Shown in pieces: positions 38,751-38,875 of a stretch of DNA of 38,875 nt (position 1 is the stretch's first letter; each line of letters opens with the position of its first letter). This stretch comes from Gammaproteobacteria bacterium (lineage in GTDB: Bacteria > Pseudomonadota > Gammaproteobacteria > Immundisolibacterales > Immundisolibacteraceae), in assembly GCA_003645395.1 (NCBI GenBank), contig QNFC01000001.1, forward strand, positions 1 through 38,875, in the 5' to 3' direction. The notes below the pieces were generated by a model. The model did no database searches and was not told the DNA's origin. It was given only the letters and a program-made list of their open reading frames with translations. Position numbers and translations under genes: made by a program.

Positions 38751-38875
38751 CCGCGGTTCACCAGGTGGGTATCTCTTGCCGTCTTGGCATCTCCAAAGAG
38801 CTGCTGGAGATAGGCACCGTCGCCATCTTCCAACCTCTGAACCATCTCGCCCAGCAACCCCTGATATCGAATTAA
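38747..38875 (-). CDS. tyrA: 3' end (42 codons) of a prephenate/arogenate dehydrogenase-like gene. The start lies beyond the right window edge.
   Basis: Not in the ORF track. Manual translation from the window edge gives LIRYQGLLGEMVQRLEDGDGAYLQQLFGDAKTARDTHLVNRG*, which resembles TyrA C-termini. Its position upstream of aroA fits the gammaproteobacterial tyrA-aroA-cmk-rpsA order. Support comes from 42 residues and synteny only. Confidence 0.5.
   Translation of the reverse strand, partial: LIRYQGLLGEMVQRLEDGDGAYLQQLFGDAKTARDTHLVNRG

Noticed and set aside
38741-38760. A possible fused TyrA-AroA bifunctional protein, as in Pseudomonas.
   Set aside because: The upstream frame ends in a TGA that overlaps the aroA ATG (ATGA) and is in a different frame. 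These are two separate, translationally coupled genes.
1-38875. A whole-window look for mobile elements, prophage, CRISPR repeats, tRNA or rRNA genes, toxin-antitoxin pairs and known defence-system signatures (nucleases, reverse transcriptases, STAND or SIR2/TIR domains, methyltransferase-restriction pairs).
   Set aside because: I recognised none of these. Every ORF above ~90 aa that is not a shadow frame is either a conserved housekeeping gene in conserved synteny or one of the few single-gene oddities reported. This was a by-eye scan only, so short repeats or small RNAs could have been missed.

Overview
This is a gene-dense (roughly 90% coding) stretch of core chromosome from a gammaproteobacterium. 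I cannot place the order or genus without a database search. Gene order, left to right:
- A long minus-strand housekeeping string: recA (5' part, missing from the ORF track), pgpA, thiL, nusB, ribH, ribB(X-type), ribE, ribD, nrdR, glyA.
- An atypical HhH DNA glycosylase (+) and a degenerate-GGDEF/EAL protein (-).
- lptG-lptF (-), divergent from pepA-holC-acidic ORF-valS (+).
- prfC, rimI, a family-4 UDG and a PP2C-TM-FGE-like fusion (-).
- A 496-bp non-coding gap, then mfd (+), def (-) and a CsiV-like exported protein (+).
- hldD-hldA, comEA, pyrF-lapB-lapA, rpsA (split by a frameshift), cmk, aroA and the 3' end of tyrA (-).

I found no rRNA, tRNA, CRISPR array, transposase, integrase, phage gene or recognisable defence or toxin module. 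I do not think the window contains a multi-gene novel system. The observations most worth a second look are:
1. The transmembrane PP2C phosphatase fused to a non-catalytic FGE-like periplasmic domain, apparently co-transcribed with udg and rimI.
2. The 1-nt frameshift in essential rpsA at a GAA-AAG site.
3. The glycosylase that combines a Tag-like N-terminal half with a MutY/Nth-like HhH and 4Fe-4S loop.
4. The unusually long, low-GC gap upstream of mfd.

All family calls come from reading motifs by eye. No searches were run.
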